64,000 nt of DNA from Candidatus Helarchaeota archaeon (lineage in GTDB: Archaea > Asgardarchaeota > Lokiarchaeia > Helarchaeales > RDOG01), in contig JAHPZH010000007.1 in NCBI GenBank assembly GCA_019058315.1, forward strand, positions 96,001-160,000, given 5' to 3'. Of this stretch, positions 9,930 through 18,832 are shown piece after piece. Each line of letters begins with the position of its first letter. Positions within the stretch are counted from its first letter, which is position 1. The translations under genes were made by a program, and so were the position numbers. The notes under the pieces are model-generated. The model was not told where the DNA came from. It did not search any database and was given only the letters and a program-made list of their open reading frames with translations.

Positions 9930-11204
9930 CTAATAAACCTTCTTCCTTTGAACATAATCAAAAAGAGTTTTTTGGTATTTGACTTGTTCGATTATTTTGC
10001 TATTGTTAATCCAATGTTTTAATGAAACTTGAAAAGCTTTACCTATTTCTTTTAAAGCTGAATTTACATCACTAAAGACTTTAGGTTGGTTTTTAAAAGC
10101 TTTCCTTACAGTTTCTCGAATAACCCAGACTCCTAATGGAACTATATAACCAGAAGATACTTCTCGAAATACGATACACGTTGCTTGTCTTCTAATTTTA
10201 TTTAAAAATTCTGCGACTCCTAATCTTGCAGCATAGTATGCACCTGTAACATTCGAGGCATAGTTCTTTCGACCTTGATAGAATTCATAATCATCCATTA
10301 TCACTGGTGAGCTGCTTGGATTAAAAGAAGATTTGGGATTCCAAGTTTCTAACATCTCAAATGACCATTCTTTAGGTATAAGGAGGATTTGAAAATGATT
10401 ATCAAAATGTCTTCCTGTGAAAAGAAAATATTGAGAAATTTGGGGATAATCTTTGATCTTGTCAATTACTCGCTTCGAAATTGTATCATCTGTGGCAGTT
10501 ATAGCCCATCTTGTAGGAACTAATTTTCTATTATCCTTTATTCCAAGTAGACCTGCTGATAAGATACGCATAACTTGGGTTACTGTTAAATTGTGGTCAT
10601 AAAGATAATTTACTGCATTAACTGCTTTAAAATCTGTATCTGATACTGCTTTATCAACGGGACGGTCAATTACTGGATTTTCAGCAACTCGAATTTTTTT
10701 TAATGTACCTGAAGGACCAATAGGGGGTGAATGTGAATCATACATCATTCTAAATGATGGTTCTTTTTCTAATTGAACTTCTGTGTCAACTTTTTTTGAA
10801 GATTGAATTATTTCTTGAGAAATATCAAGCAATTTACTGTCTGTGATTTTATTTACATTCATACGGAAAGAAGTTCTTAATAATGAGGTTCTAAATTTTA
10901 CTAGATCTTCAATTCTTTGATCAATCCACCCTAGTTCTGGTTCATCTAAAATTTTTATTGAATCTGTTTCAATAGTCATAGGATTTATCATAGGTCCAAT
11001 CAAGACATTTGGATATGACTGTCGACCAACAAAGAATGAGGGTGGACTAGCTCCTTCAAAATCCTTCTTTATTGAAATTCGTTTTAAGGGAATTATGGCT
11101 TGCTGCTTTAGAATTATTGGACATTGTGTTTTACCACATAACATTCTGGAGCCTTTACATCTTGCACAAAGTCCCGCCTTAGATGCATCTGGTGGACGAA
11201 CCAT
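9930..11204 (-). CDS. nreA: Nre family DNA repair protein with C-terminal PIP box
   Basis: N-terminal CARCKG..LCG..CP zinc finger, KLVPTRWAITATDD, GAYYAARL, PLGVWVIRE; C-terminal QKTLFDY PCNA-interacting motif. Confidence 0.9.
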   Translation of the reverse strand: MVRPPDASKAGLCARCKGSRMLCGKTQCPIILKQQAIIPLKRISIKKDFEGASPPSFFVGRQSYPNVLIGPMINPMTIETDSIKILDEPELGWIDQRIEDLVKFRTSLLRTSFRMNVNKITDSKLLDISQEIIQSSKKVDTEVQLEKEPSFRMMYDSHSPPIGPSGTLKKIRVAENPVIDRPVDKAVSDTDFKAVNAVNYLYDHNLTVTQVMRILSAGLLGIKDNRKLVPTRWAITATDDTISKRVIDKIKDYPQISQYFLFTGRHFDNHFQILLIPKEWSFEMLETWNPKSSFNPSSSPVIMDDYEFYQGRKNYASNVTGAYYAARLGVAEFLNKIRRQATCIVFREVSSGYIVPLGVWVIRETVRKAFKNQPKVFSDVNSALKEIGKAFQVSLKHWINNSKIIEQVKYQKTLFDYVQRKKVY

Positions 11205-11423
11205 TGTGTAAATCTCATTTTTTGTAAATTAATCTTCAAATTTATTAATTAAAAATGAATTTTAAATATATATTATATAATACTCCATTAGATAATTAAG
11301 ATTTAAATATTTTTTTTTGTCAAGTCTCCAATTCTTCATAGTTTTCACAAACATCTTTCTAATTCTCTATTAATTTGCATTAATTTTCTATATTTTTATT
11401 TTATTTTGGTACTGATCATAATG

Positions 11424-11476
11424 TTTATATAGTGTGTATTACACAGTACGTACTAGATAGTGTGTCATACACACTA
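11424..11476 (+). promoter_or_regulatory. TATA box followed by two palindromic operator sites (probable PadR autoregulation)
   Basis: TTTATATA at 11424-11431; TAGTGTGT-att-ACACAGTA at 11430-11448; perfect TAGTGTGT-cat-ACACACTA at 11458-11476. Confidence 0.75.
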
Positions 11477-11491
11477 AAATAAAAATGCATT

Positions 11492-11860
11492 GTGAGTGAA
11501 ATGTCGAAGAAAAAAGAATCAATTGAAGATATAATAGACAATTGGAAGAAACAACTTAGGAAAGGTAGCCTAGAATTAGCAATTTTATCTCATATAAAAA
11601 AGGAAGCTGGAGAAGCTTATGGATATATTCTTATTAAAAATTTTAAAGAAGCTGGTATTGAAACTGATGGAAGCACTATTTACCCATTATTGAGGAGACT
11701 TACAAATAAAGGATTAATACAGACAGTTGAAAAATCTAAGGAACAAAAAAAGCATTTTAAAATAACAAATGTAGGAATACAAGTTCTCGATGAATTATTA
11801 GAAGAATGGAAGACCTATTATGCAAAAATTAATCATTTTATAAAAAATGGAGGATTATAA
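11492..11860 (+). CDS. PadR family transcriptional regulator
   Basis: QLRKGSLELAIL, AYGY and GSTIYPLLRRL motifs. Confidence 0.92.
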   Translation: MSEMSKKKESIEDIIDNWKKQLRKGSLELAILSHIKKEAGEAYGYILIKNFKEAGIETDGSTIYPLLRRLTNKGLIQTVEKSKEQKKHFKITNVGIQVLDELLEEWKTYYAKINHFIKNGGL

Positions 11861-12508
11861 ATGAAGAAACAAAGTGAAAAAATTCTAAATGATTATTTAA
11901 AACAGGTAAGAGATTCATTGGAATATATGCCTAAACCTGAAGTGGAAGATAGAATAAACACAATCAGAGCTCATATTTTAGACGCTATTGAAGATCAAAA
12001 AGGAGAACTGCCAGAAGAAGAAATTATTGGAAAAGCAATAAAGGAACTTGGCATTAAAATTAAACCAAAGCGTAGAGTAAAAGACGTAATAGGCGACTTA
12101 GTAGGATGTGGAATTTTTGGACTTATCCTATTATTCTTAGATTGGATATATTTTTATCCAACTTTTAAATACAATGTCTCAATTCCATATTTTATAATTA
12201 TATTTCCTGTTGCCTGCGCATTAGCTATTTGGGACTTTTTTGTTAAACCAAGACTAACCGATCCTCGATACAACCTAATATTTGCTTGGAGCTTTTTTCC
12301 AATATTAATAATTGAAATGATATACCTTGAGTTACCAGACCCTATTCCCTTGGTTGCCCCATTGGTTTATGGAATTTTATTGACAATTATGACTATATTA
12401 TCGCTAGTAATACCAGAGGAAATTATTGAAAAACAATGCCCTAAGTGTGGTGAAACCTTACCTAAAAAAGCAAGATTTTGTCTAATTTGTGGTGAAGAAC
12501 AAGAATAA
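11861..12508 (+). CDS. HAAS/DUF1700-like N-domain + 4 TM + C-terminal zinc ribbon
   Basis: YLKQVRDSL..IRAHILDAIE..ELG; four TM segments; CPKCG..ARFCLICG; starts directly after the PadR stop. Confidence 0.75.
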   Translation: MKKQSEKILNDYLKQVRDSLEYMPKPEVEDRINTIRAHILDAIEDQKGELPEEEIIGKAIKELGIKIKPKRRVKDVIGDLVGCGIFGLILLFLDWIYFYPTFKYNVSIPYFIIIFPVACALAIWDFFVKPRLTDPRYNLIFAWSFFPILIIEMIYLELPDPIPLVAPLVYGILLTIMTILSLVIPEEIIEKQCPKCGETLPKKARFCLICGEEQE

Positions 12509-12721
12509 TAATTAATAAATACACATTTTCTTTTTTTTTATGAAAATTTTTTAAGAATGAATTATAAAAATAATAGTAAATTTCCATTGGAAAAAACAAA
12601 TTATTAAGAGTTTATTCTTATATTTTTCGTAAGATTTTTAAGGGAGGAACTCTTTCTAACTTTTAAATCTTTCGATAAAGATTTAAGTAAAGTTTATTCT
12701 GTTTTTTGAGGTGTTTCTAAA

Positions 12722-13687
12722 ATTTCACACGAAAATAACTCCTTCTTAGAGAAAACAGACGATTTCAACTTAAATGACGATGAAAGTTCAATTTGTCCGG
12801 AATGTGGGAGTGTAGAAATTACTAATGATGTAACTCGTGGAGAACTTATTTGCAGAAATTGTGGAATGGTCATAAGTGAAAAGCTTATTGATCAAGGTCC
12901 TGAATGGAGAGCTTTTAACTTAGAGGAAAGGGATAAGAGAAGCCGTGTTGGATCCCCTTCAACTTATACTTTACATGATAAAGGTCTATCTACTATGATA
13001 GATTGGCATGATAAAGACTCTTTTGGAAAAAAATTAACTCCTAAAAGGCGAGCACAAATCTATAGATTGAGAAAATGGCAAATACGAACAAGAGTTCACA
13101 GTTCTATTGATAGAAATTTGGCAATAGCTATGAGTGAATTGGATAGACTCAGTAGTCAATTGGGGATACCACGTGGTGTGAAGGAAAGCTCTGCTGTAAT
13201 TTACAGGAGGGCTATTGAGAAAAAACTCATAAGAGGTAGATCTATTGAAGCTATGGTGGGTGCCTCAATTTATGCTGCCTGTCGTATGAGAAAAATTCCA
13301 CGAACTTTAGACGAAATTGGTCGACACTCAAGGGTCAATAAGAAGGAATTGGGTAGATGTTATCGATTAATTTTAAGAGAACTAGATGTTCAAATTCCTA
13401 TCGCCAGTCCAATTGATTTTATTCCCCGTTTTGGCGCAGAATTAGCCCTTTCTGGACGAACTCAACGAAGAGCTGCCGAAATAGTAAACCAAGCACGAAA
13501 AACTGGTTTAACTGCAGGAAAAGATCCTACAGGTTTAGCTGCAGCTTCGATTTATATTTCTGCTATACTAGAGGGTGAACGAAGAACTCAACGAGAAATT
13601 GCAGAAATTGTTCACGTTACGGAAGTTACAGTTAGAAATAGGTATAAGGAATTAGTAAGAGAGCTTAAACTTAGAGTTGATGTGTAG
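12722..13687 (+). CDS. tfb: Transcription initiation factor IIB (TFB); inferred ATT start
   Basis: In-frame zinc ribbon [15 protein letters not shown] upstream of the track's Met, B-reader GPEWRAF, two cyclin repeats; SD GAGGTG at 12708-12713. Confidence 0.93.
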   Translation: MSHENNSFLEKTDDFNLNDDESSICPECGSVEITNDVTRGELICRNCGMVISEKLIDQGPEWRAFNLEERDKRSRVGSPSTYTLHDKGLSTMIDWHDKDSFGKKLTPKRRAQIYRLRKWQIRTRVHSSIDRNLAIAMSELDRLSSQLGIPRGVKESSAVIYRRAIEKKLIRGRSIEAMVGASIYAACRMRKIPRTLDEIGRHSRVNKKELGRCYRLILRELDVQIPIASPIDFIPRFGAELALSGRTQRRAAEIVNQARKTGLTAGKDPTGLAAASIYISAILEGERRTQREIAEIVHVTEVTVRNRYKELVRELKLRVDV

Positions 13688-13719
13688 GATTAGCCTATAC
13701 TCTTTTTTATTTTCTTATT

Positions 13720-14019
13720 TTATTGAACAACAATATTTTCTTCAGCAAAACCTTCTTTTTCTAGAACATCTTTGACTATTTGTCGATGATCACCTTGTAA
13801 CACTATATATCCATTTTTATATGATCCCCCAGCAGCACAACGACTTTTTAGTCTCACGACTAAATCCTTTAAACGGTTCTGTTCAATCCCCTCAACTATA
13901 GTTACAAGTTTACCATATTTACGCTTTTCAACTTTTATCTTAATTTCTTTTTCTTCTTTGGCTATTTCTCCACACATGCACAAATCTTTAGGTAACGAAC
14001 ATTTTGGACATATTTCTAT
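13720..14019 (-). CDS. sui1: Translation initiation factor aIF1/SUI1; inferred ATA start
   Basis: EICPKCSLPKDLCMCGEIAKE, KYGKLVTIVEG, LKSRCAAGG, LQGDHR. Confidence 0.92.
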   Translation of the reverse strand: MEICPKCSLPKDLCMCGEIAKEEKEIKIKVEKRKYGKLVTIVEGIEQNRLKDLVVRLKSRCAAGGSYKNGYIVLQGDHRQIVKDVLEKEGFAEENIVVQ

Positions 14020-14291
14020 ATCTTTTCTCTCCTGGGTCGCTTTTGAAAAAACATCTTTTTGTAATTATAATAATTCTATGTTTATTTGTTCCTTATATTT
14101 TTTATTGTACTTATTGAACTCAAATTATATAATATTTGCTTGAATTTTTAACAAATATTTGATAATTCAAGTCAATAAATATTTGTATTTGAGCAAAATA
14201 AAGTAAATGGCGCCGAATTTGAAATAAATGTATTGAAATTTGATGTGTTTAAAGTACCATTTTCAAAAAAACAAAAATTGGTGAACTAAAA

Positions 14292-15878
14292 ATAGTTAAA
14301 ACATTAATTATAGATGCATTAAGGTCTGAAAAGGGAGTAAAACGTTTCACAAGGGATTTTATCGGAGCAGGACCTCGAACCATTGCGGGAATTCTTGAAG
14401 GTTATGAAATAAACTCACAAATAGTTCACCCTGAAAATTTGAAAAAGAATGAGCTTACAGACAGTGATTTCTTATTTATAAGCGCAATGACTTTAGACTT
14501 GATAGCTGTAAGTAAAATCATTAGAAAATGGAAGAAATACAATAATAAGCCAATCCTAATAGGAGGTCCGATTACATCCAATCCATTTGATTTAAAACCA
14601 CTTGAATTCGATTTAGCTTTTATGGGTGAAAGTGAAGATACACTTGAAAAAATAATCCAGATCGGATTAAAAGATGGAAATCTGCCTTCTTATTCTAAAT
14701 TAAAAGAAATTAATGGAATATTCTACCGGAAAGATAATGATTTAATGATAAATGATACCAAATCTTATATTTCAAAGGAAACTTTAAATAACTTTCAGCC
14801 TTCGGTAGAGAGAATTACAGATTATCCTTATTATTTTATAGCAAGAGTTTATGTTGAGTGTATCCGTGGCTGTTCAAATTTTTTACGTCCAACTATTAAA
14901 CTAAACGAAAATATCGAATGTAATAATTGCGGAAATTGTAATGATAGTCTTGATAAAAGATTAAATTGTCCCCAAAACATTCCACCTGGATGTGGTTTTT
15001 GTTCAGTTCCAGCAGTATATGGGCCTCCGAGGAGTCGATATGTTTCTAATATTGTAAATGAAATTAAGGGATTAATTGGTAAAAAAGTTCGAAGATTTGT
15101 TCTTGGGGGTTCTGATTTTTTGGATTATGAAAGAGATGATCTAGTAAAACCGATGCCCTTGACTGATCCTTACCAGCCCCCTCCCAATAGTGAAAAAATT
15201 GAGGAATTATTATCCGAAATTTCTTTAATTCCTGAGATTAAGAATAAGAAAGCCTATATTTTTATTGAAAATATAAAGGCTTGTTTATTCTCTAAAGAAA
15301 TTGCGAAAATTATTTCAAAATATATTCCAAATACCTCAGTTTCAATAGGATGCGAATCAGGGTCAAATGATTATCTAAAATCGATAGGAAAACCTTCAGC
15401 AGTTGAAGATATGATCCAAACAGTCCGAATTTGTAAAGAATTTGGTATAAGAACACATTGTTATTTTATTCACGGATTGCCTAACCAAAATAGTTCTGTA
15501 TTAAAAGAAACCAAGCAGCTAATGGAAAAATTAGAAAAAATTGGAACTGATAAGATTACAATTTATAAATTTAAACCGCTTCCAAAGAGTTCGTTTGAGA
15601 AATTTGATTATAAAAGTTATAAATTATCAGAACAAATAAAAAAGTTAGCAATTAAAATTAATTATAATAGGAAATTAGCTTTAATTGGTAAAAATTTTAA
15701 AGTTATCATCGCAGAACGTCATAAAAGAAATAAAAATGATGGAATTGGATATATTCTAGAGGGCGGTCCGACAGTTTTAATCAAAAATGGAGGAAAATTA
15801 ATCGGAAAAGAAGTTAATGCGAGAATCATTCGAGTACTTTCTGATAAATTTGTAGAAGGAGAAATTAATAATCAATAA
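14292..15878 (+). CDS. Archaeal B12-binding-like/radical SAM/TRAM protein; inferred ATA start
   Basis: In-frame N-terminal IIDAL..RDFIGAGPRTIAGILE upstream of the track start; IGGP, ECIRGCSNF..PGCGFC, GCESGS; C-terminal TRAM-like region. Confidence 0.8.
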   Translation: MVKTLIIDALRSEKGVKRFTRDFIGAGPRTIAGILEGYEINSQIVHPENLKKNELTDSDFLFISAMTLDLIAVSKIIRKWKKYNNKPILIGGPITSNPFDLKPLEFDLAFMGESEDTLEKIIQIGLKDGNLPSYSKLKEINGIFYRKDNDLMINDTKSYISKETLNNFQPSVERITDYPYYFIARVYVECIRGCSNFLRPTIKLNENIECNNCGNCNDSLDKRLNCPQNIPPGCGFCSVPAVYGPPRSRYVSNIVNEIKGLIGKKVRRFVLGGSDFLDYERDDLVKPMPLTDPYQPPPNSEKIEELLSEISLIPEIKNKKAYIFIENIKACLFSKEIAKIISKYIPNTSVSIGCESGSNDYLKSIGKPSAVEDMIQTVRICKEFGIRTHCYFIHGLPNQNSSVLKETKQLMEKLEKIGTDKITIYKFKPLPKSSFEKFDYKSYKLSEQIKKLAIKINYNRKLALIGKNFKVIIAERHKRNKNDGIGYILEGGPTVLIKNGGKLIGKEVNARIIRVLSDKFVEGEINNQ

Positions 15879-15939
15879 CTTTAAGAATAACAATTTTATT
15901 AATTAAATCATCTCATTATAATGAAGAAACAAATAGAGT

Positions 15940-16092
15940 GTGACAACTATCCCATATATTTGTGGTAAATGTGGTCGCGAGATCACTTCAAAAGGAATGG
16001 ACTCTTTGCCTGGTGTTAAGTGTCCACATTGCGGATACCGAATTTTATATAAAATTCGACCACCAGTTGTAAAAAAAATACAAGCTCGATAA
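15940..16092 (+). CDS. rpoP: RNA polymerase subunit P (Rpo12); not in the ORF track
   Basis: GTG start, MTTIPYICGKCGRE..VKCPHCGYRILYKIRPPVVKKIQAR, 50 aa. Confidence 0.93.
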   Translation: MTTIPYICGKCGREITSKGMDSLPGVKCPHCGYRILYKIRPPVVKKIQAR

Positions 16093-16107
16093 ATTTTTCT
16101 AATTTTT

Positions 16108-16302
16108 TTAATATTTATCTAACTTTAGGGTAATTGCTTTCGCTGGACATTTTTCAATGCATTCAAGGCATTTTCCACATTTATTAGGGCTCACTACTAT
16201 TGGCTGATCATCAAGCCATTCTAGAACCCCATACCTACAGGTTTTATAACATTCCCCACAGCCTTGGCATTTATCATAATCAATTTTAACTTCAACAATC
16301 AA
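16108..16302 (-). CDS. 2x[4Fe-4S] ferredoxin
   Basis: CQGCGECYKTC and CGKCLECIEKCP. Confidence 0.9.
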   Translation of the reverse strand: MIVEVKIDYDKCQGCGECYKTCRYGVLEWLDDQPIVVSPNKCGKCLECIEKCPAKAITLKLDKY

Positions 16303-16433
16303 TATGTGAAACCTACAAATTATAGTTCAATACTGTATAATATGCTACCAAGACAAAGTAATATTTATTTAAATAAAACTTCTAAATGCAAGTTTTTTTA
16401 ATTAATTTTAGAAAAAAGAGGATGTTTGACTAA

Positions 16434-17318
16434 ATGAAAAGAATTATCATTGTTGGAGATGAAAGAGCAGAAGGAAATCAATGGCGTGAGGTGTTTCGAA
16501 ATCGTGATGAAAAATATCAAGTTTTTTTTGTTGAAGTCAGTAAGCTTTGTGACGTTGGGGTGAGAAGAAGAAAAAAAGAAGAGGATAATTTATATATAAC
16601 AACAAAAACAGAAGGCTTTTGGGCTCCAGATGGTTTAATTTGGCGTTGGGGTGCAGTTAAACCAAATTGGATTCATGAACCTTTCCTTGAACTACTAAAA
16701 TCATTCCCCAAATTTCCTATGGTATCTAGACCAGAAGCACATTTAATTTGTGCAAATAGATTAAGAATGCTCTCTGCATTAAGTTCAGATCCTGAAATCC
16801 CGATTGTTCCACATGTGGCATTTGTAACTAGCAGATTTCTAATAGAAAGTCGATATAAGCCAGAATATCCATGTGTTGTTAAGATTGGCTCGTTTCATCA
16901 AGGATTGATGAAAGCAAAGGTAGATAGTGATGATCAATGGCATGATTTGTTATCATTTATTTTTCCTCTAGAAATGCCCGTAGTTATTGAAGACTTTATC
17001 AAATTTAAAAGAGATTTACGCTTGATTTTTATAGGAGACGAAGTTTGGTCTTTGGTACGTGAATTTGAAGGTTGGAAAGCAAATAGATTGAAGAGACTTT
17101 ATGTTGAGAAGCCTACAGAAAAAATGTTGGATCTAACTAAAAGAGCTAGAGAAGCTATTGGAAATCCAGAATATGGAGCACTAGATCTAGTCGAAAAGGA
17201 TGATGGAAGTTTCTGCGTTTTCGAAATTAATGACACTCCAGATTTAGACCCAGATACGATTCAAGTTGAAGATTCCTATCGAAAAGTGGCAGATATGTTG
17301 ATAAAAAAAATAGGTTGA
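16434..17318 (+). CDS. ATP-grasp protein, synapsin/RimK-like
   Basis: YPCVVKIGSFHQGLMKAKVD, EDFI..RDLR..IG, WKAN, FEIN. Confidence 0.8.
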   Translation: MKRIIIVGDERAEGNQWREVFRNRDEKYQVFFVEVSKLCDVGVRRRKKEEDNLYITTKTEGFWAPDGLIWRWGAVKPNWIHEPFLELLKSFPKFPMVSRPEAHLICANRLRMLSALSSDPEIPIVPHVAFVTSRFLIESRYKPEYPCVVKIGSFHQGLMKAKVDSDDQWHDLLSFIFPLEMPVVIEDFIKFKRDLRLIFIGDEVWSLVREFEGWKANRLKRLYVEKPTEKMLDLTKRAREAIGNPEYGALDLVEKDDGSFCVFEINDTPDLDPDTIQVEDSYRKVADMLIKKIG

Positions 17319-17360
17319 TTTGGTTTTTAGATGTCTAAACGACCTTAAAGAGGAAATTTT

Positions 17361-17918
17361 ATGAATTTTGATCAAAAAGAAAAGAAAAATCTAATTGATT
17401 TTGTAAAATTAATTGGAAAATTGAAGAAATTAAAAAGAAAAGGATGGATTCAAAGAAATATTCAGGATGAAATTGAATCTGTTGCAGATCACAGCTTTCA
17501 ATTAAGTATATTATCAATGATAATAGCTGATAAAGTTGGTTTGAATAAAGACAAGTTGATAAAAATGAGTTTAATTCATGATTTTCCTGAAACTATTGTT
17601 GGAGATATTACTCCTTATGAAAAATCTGCTGAAAAAAAGCATGAGGCTGAATTTGAAGCAATGAAAAAAATCTGTTTATTGATAGATTCAGATGAATATT
17701 TGGATTTATGGCTAGAATTTGAAGAAGGAAAATCAGAAGAAGCAAAATTTTTAAAACAATTAGATAAAATTGAAATGATTTTTCAAGCATTGGAATACGA
17801 ACTATCAGGAACCGAACCAAAAAAATTAAATGAATTTTGGGATTATACTGAAAAACAATTAAATAATTCTATTTTAATCAATTTATTTGAAACTTTAAAA
17901 AAATTAAGGACTTCTTGA
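17361..17918 (+). CDS. HD-domain 5'-deoxynucleotidase (HDDC2/YfbR-like)
   Basis: LKRKGW, ESVADHSF, HDFPETIVGDITP, KQLDKIEM. Confidence 0.9.
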   Translation: MNFDQKEKKNLIDFVKLIGKLKKLKRKGWIQRNIQDEIESVADHSFQLSILSMIIADKVGLNKDKLIKMSLIHDFPETIVGDITPYEKSAEKKHEAEFEAMKKICLLIDSDEYLDLWLEFEEGKSEEAKFLKQLDKIEMIFQALEYELSGTEPKKLNEFWDYTEKQLNNSILINLFETLKKLRTS

Positions 17919-18028
17919 TCTAAATTGCGAAATCCTCTTTATTTATTGTTCATAATTTAAGTTTAAAGAGATTTTTAAACAACACTTCAGAAAAAATAAA
18001 TAGAAACTTAGAATATTGTGAAATAAAA

Positions 18029-18817
18029 ATGGTTAAAATTGGCGTATTACAGCTTCAAGTTAGGAAAGATAAAGAAAATTTTGAAAAAATCGAAGAATTA
18101 ATTAATGAAGCTAAAAATAAAAATATCGATATTGTCTGTCTTCCAGAAAAATGGAATGCAAAATCTCCTCTGGAACCAATTGAGAATGAGAATGGAAGCG
18201 TATTTAAATTTTTAAGTAAGATGGCTAAAAATTATAAATTATACGTAATTGGTGGTGCAATCGTAGTTAATTTAGATGAAAAAAAATATGTAATTTCTTA
18301 TATATTTGATAAAAACGGAAAATGTATTGGGGCTCAAAGAAAAATTCATTTATACTCTTATGAGAATCAATATATTACAAGTGGCTCTGAGTTAGAATTA
18401 ATTAATACTGATTTTGGACTTATAGGTGTGGCAATTTGTTTTGATCTAAATGCTTTCCCAGAGGTAGGAAGAGCTTATGCTTTAAATGGAGCAAGTATAG
18501 TATTTAATCCTTCAATGATTCCTGTAAATGGTATTGAAAATTGGCATATTTATTTAAAAGCTAGGGTATTAGAAAATAGAATGCCAGTGGTTGGGATAAA
18601 TTCAGTAGGAGGTTCTCCAGCTGGAAATGTTTTAACTGGTGAAAGCATAATTATTGGCTTTCACAAAGGTCATGAAACACCTGCAAAATTAAAGATAATT
18701 AAAGGTGAAAAAAATAAAGAACAGCTAATATTTGCTGATTTAGATTTACAATATCCTCAAAAATTAAGAGAAAAACGATTTTCCAATATTAAATCTTTCA
18801 AAATTAAAAAGTGTTAA
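18029..18817 (+). CDS. Carbon-nitrogen hydrolase (nitrilase family)
   Basis: E-K-C triad: LPEK, RKIHL, ICFD. Confidence 0.9.
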   Translation: MVKIGVLQLQVRKDKENFEKIEELINEAKNKNIDIVCLPEKWNAKSPLEPIENENGSVFKFLSKMAKNYKLYVIGGAIVVNLDEKKYVISYIFDKNGKCIGAQRKIHLYSYENQYITSGSELELINTDFGLIGVAICFDLNAFPEVGRAYALNGASIVFNPSMIPVNGIENWHIYLKARVLENRMPVVGINSVGGSPAGNVLTGESIIIGFHKGHETPAKLKIIKGEKNKEQLIFADLDLQYPQKLREKRFSNIKSFKIKKC

Positions 18818-18832
18818 AAGGACATTAAAATC

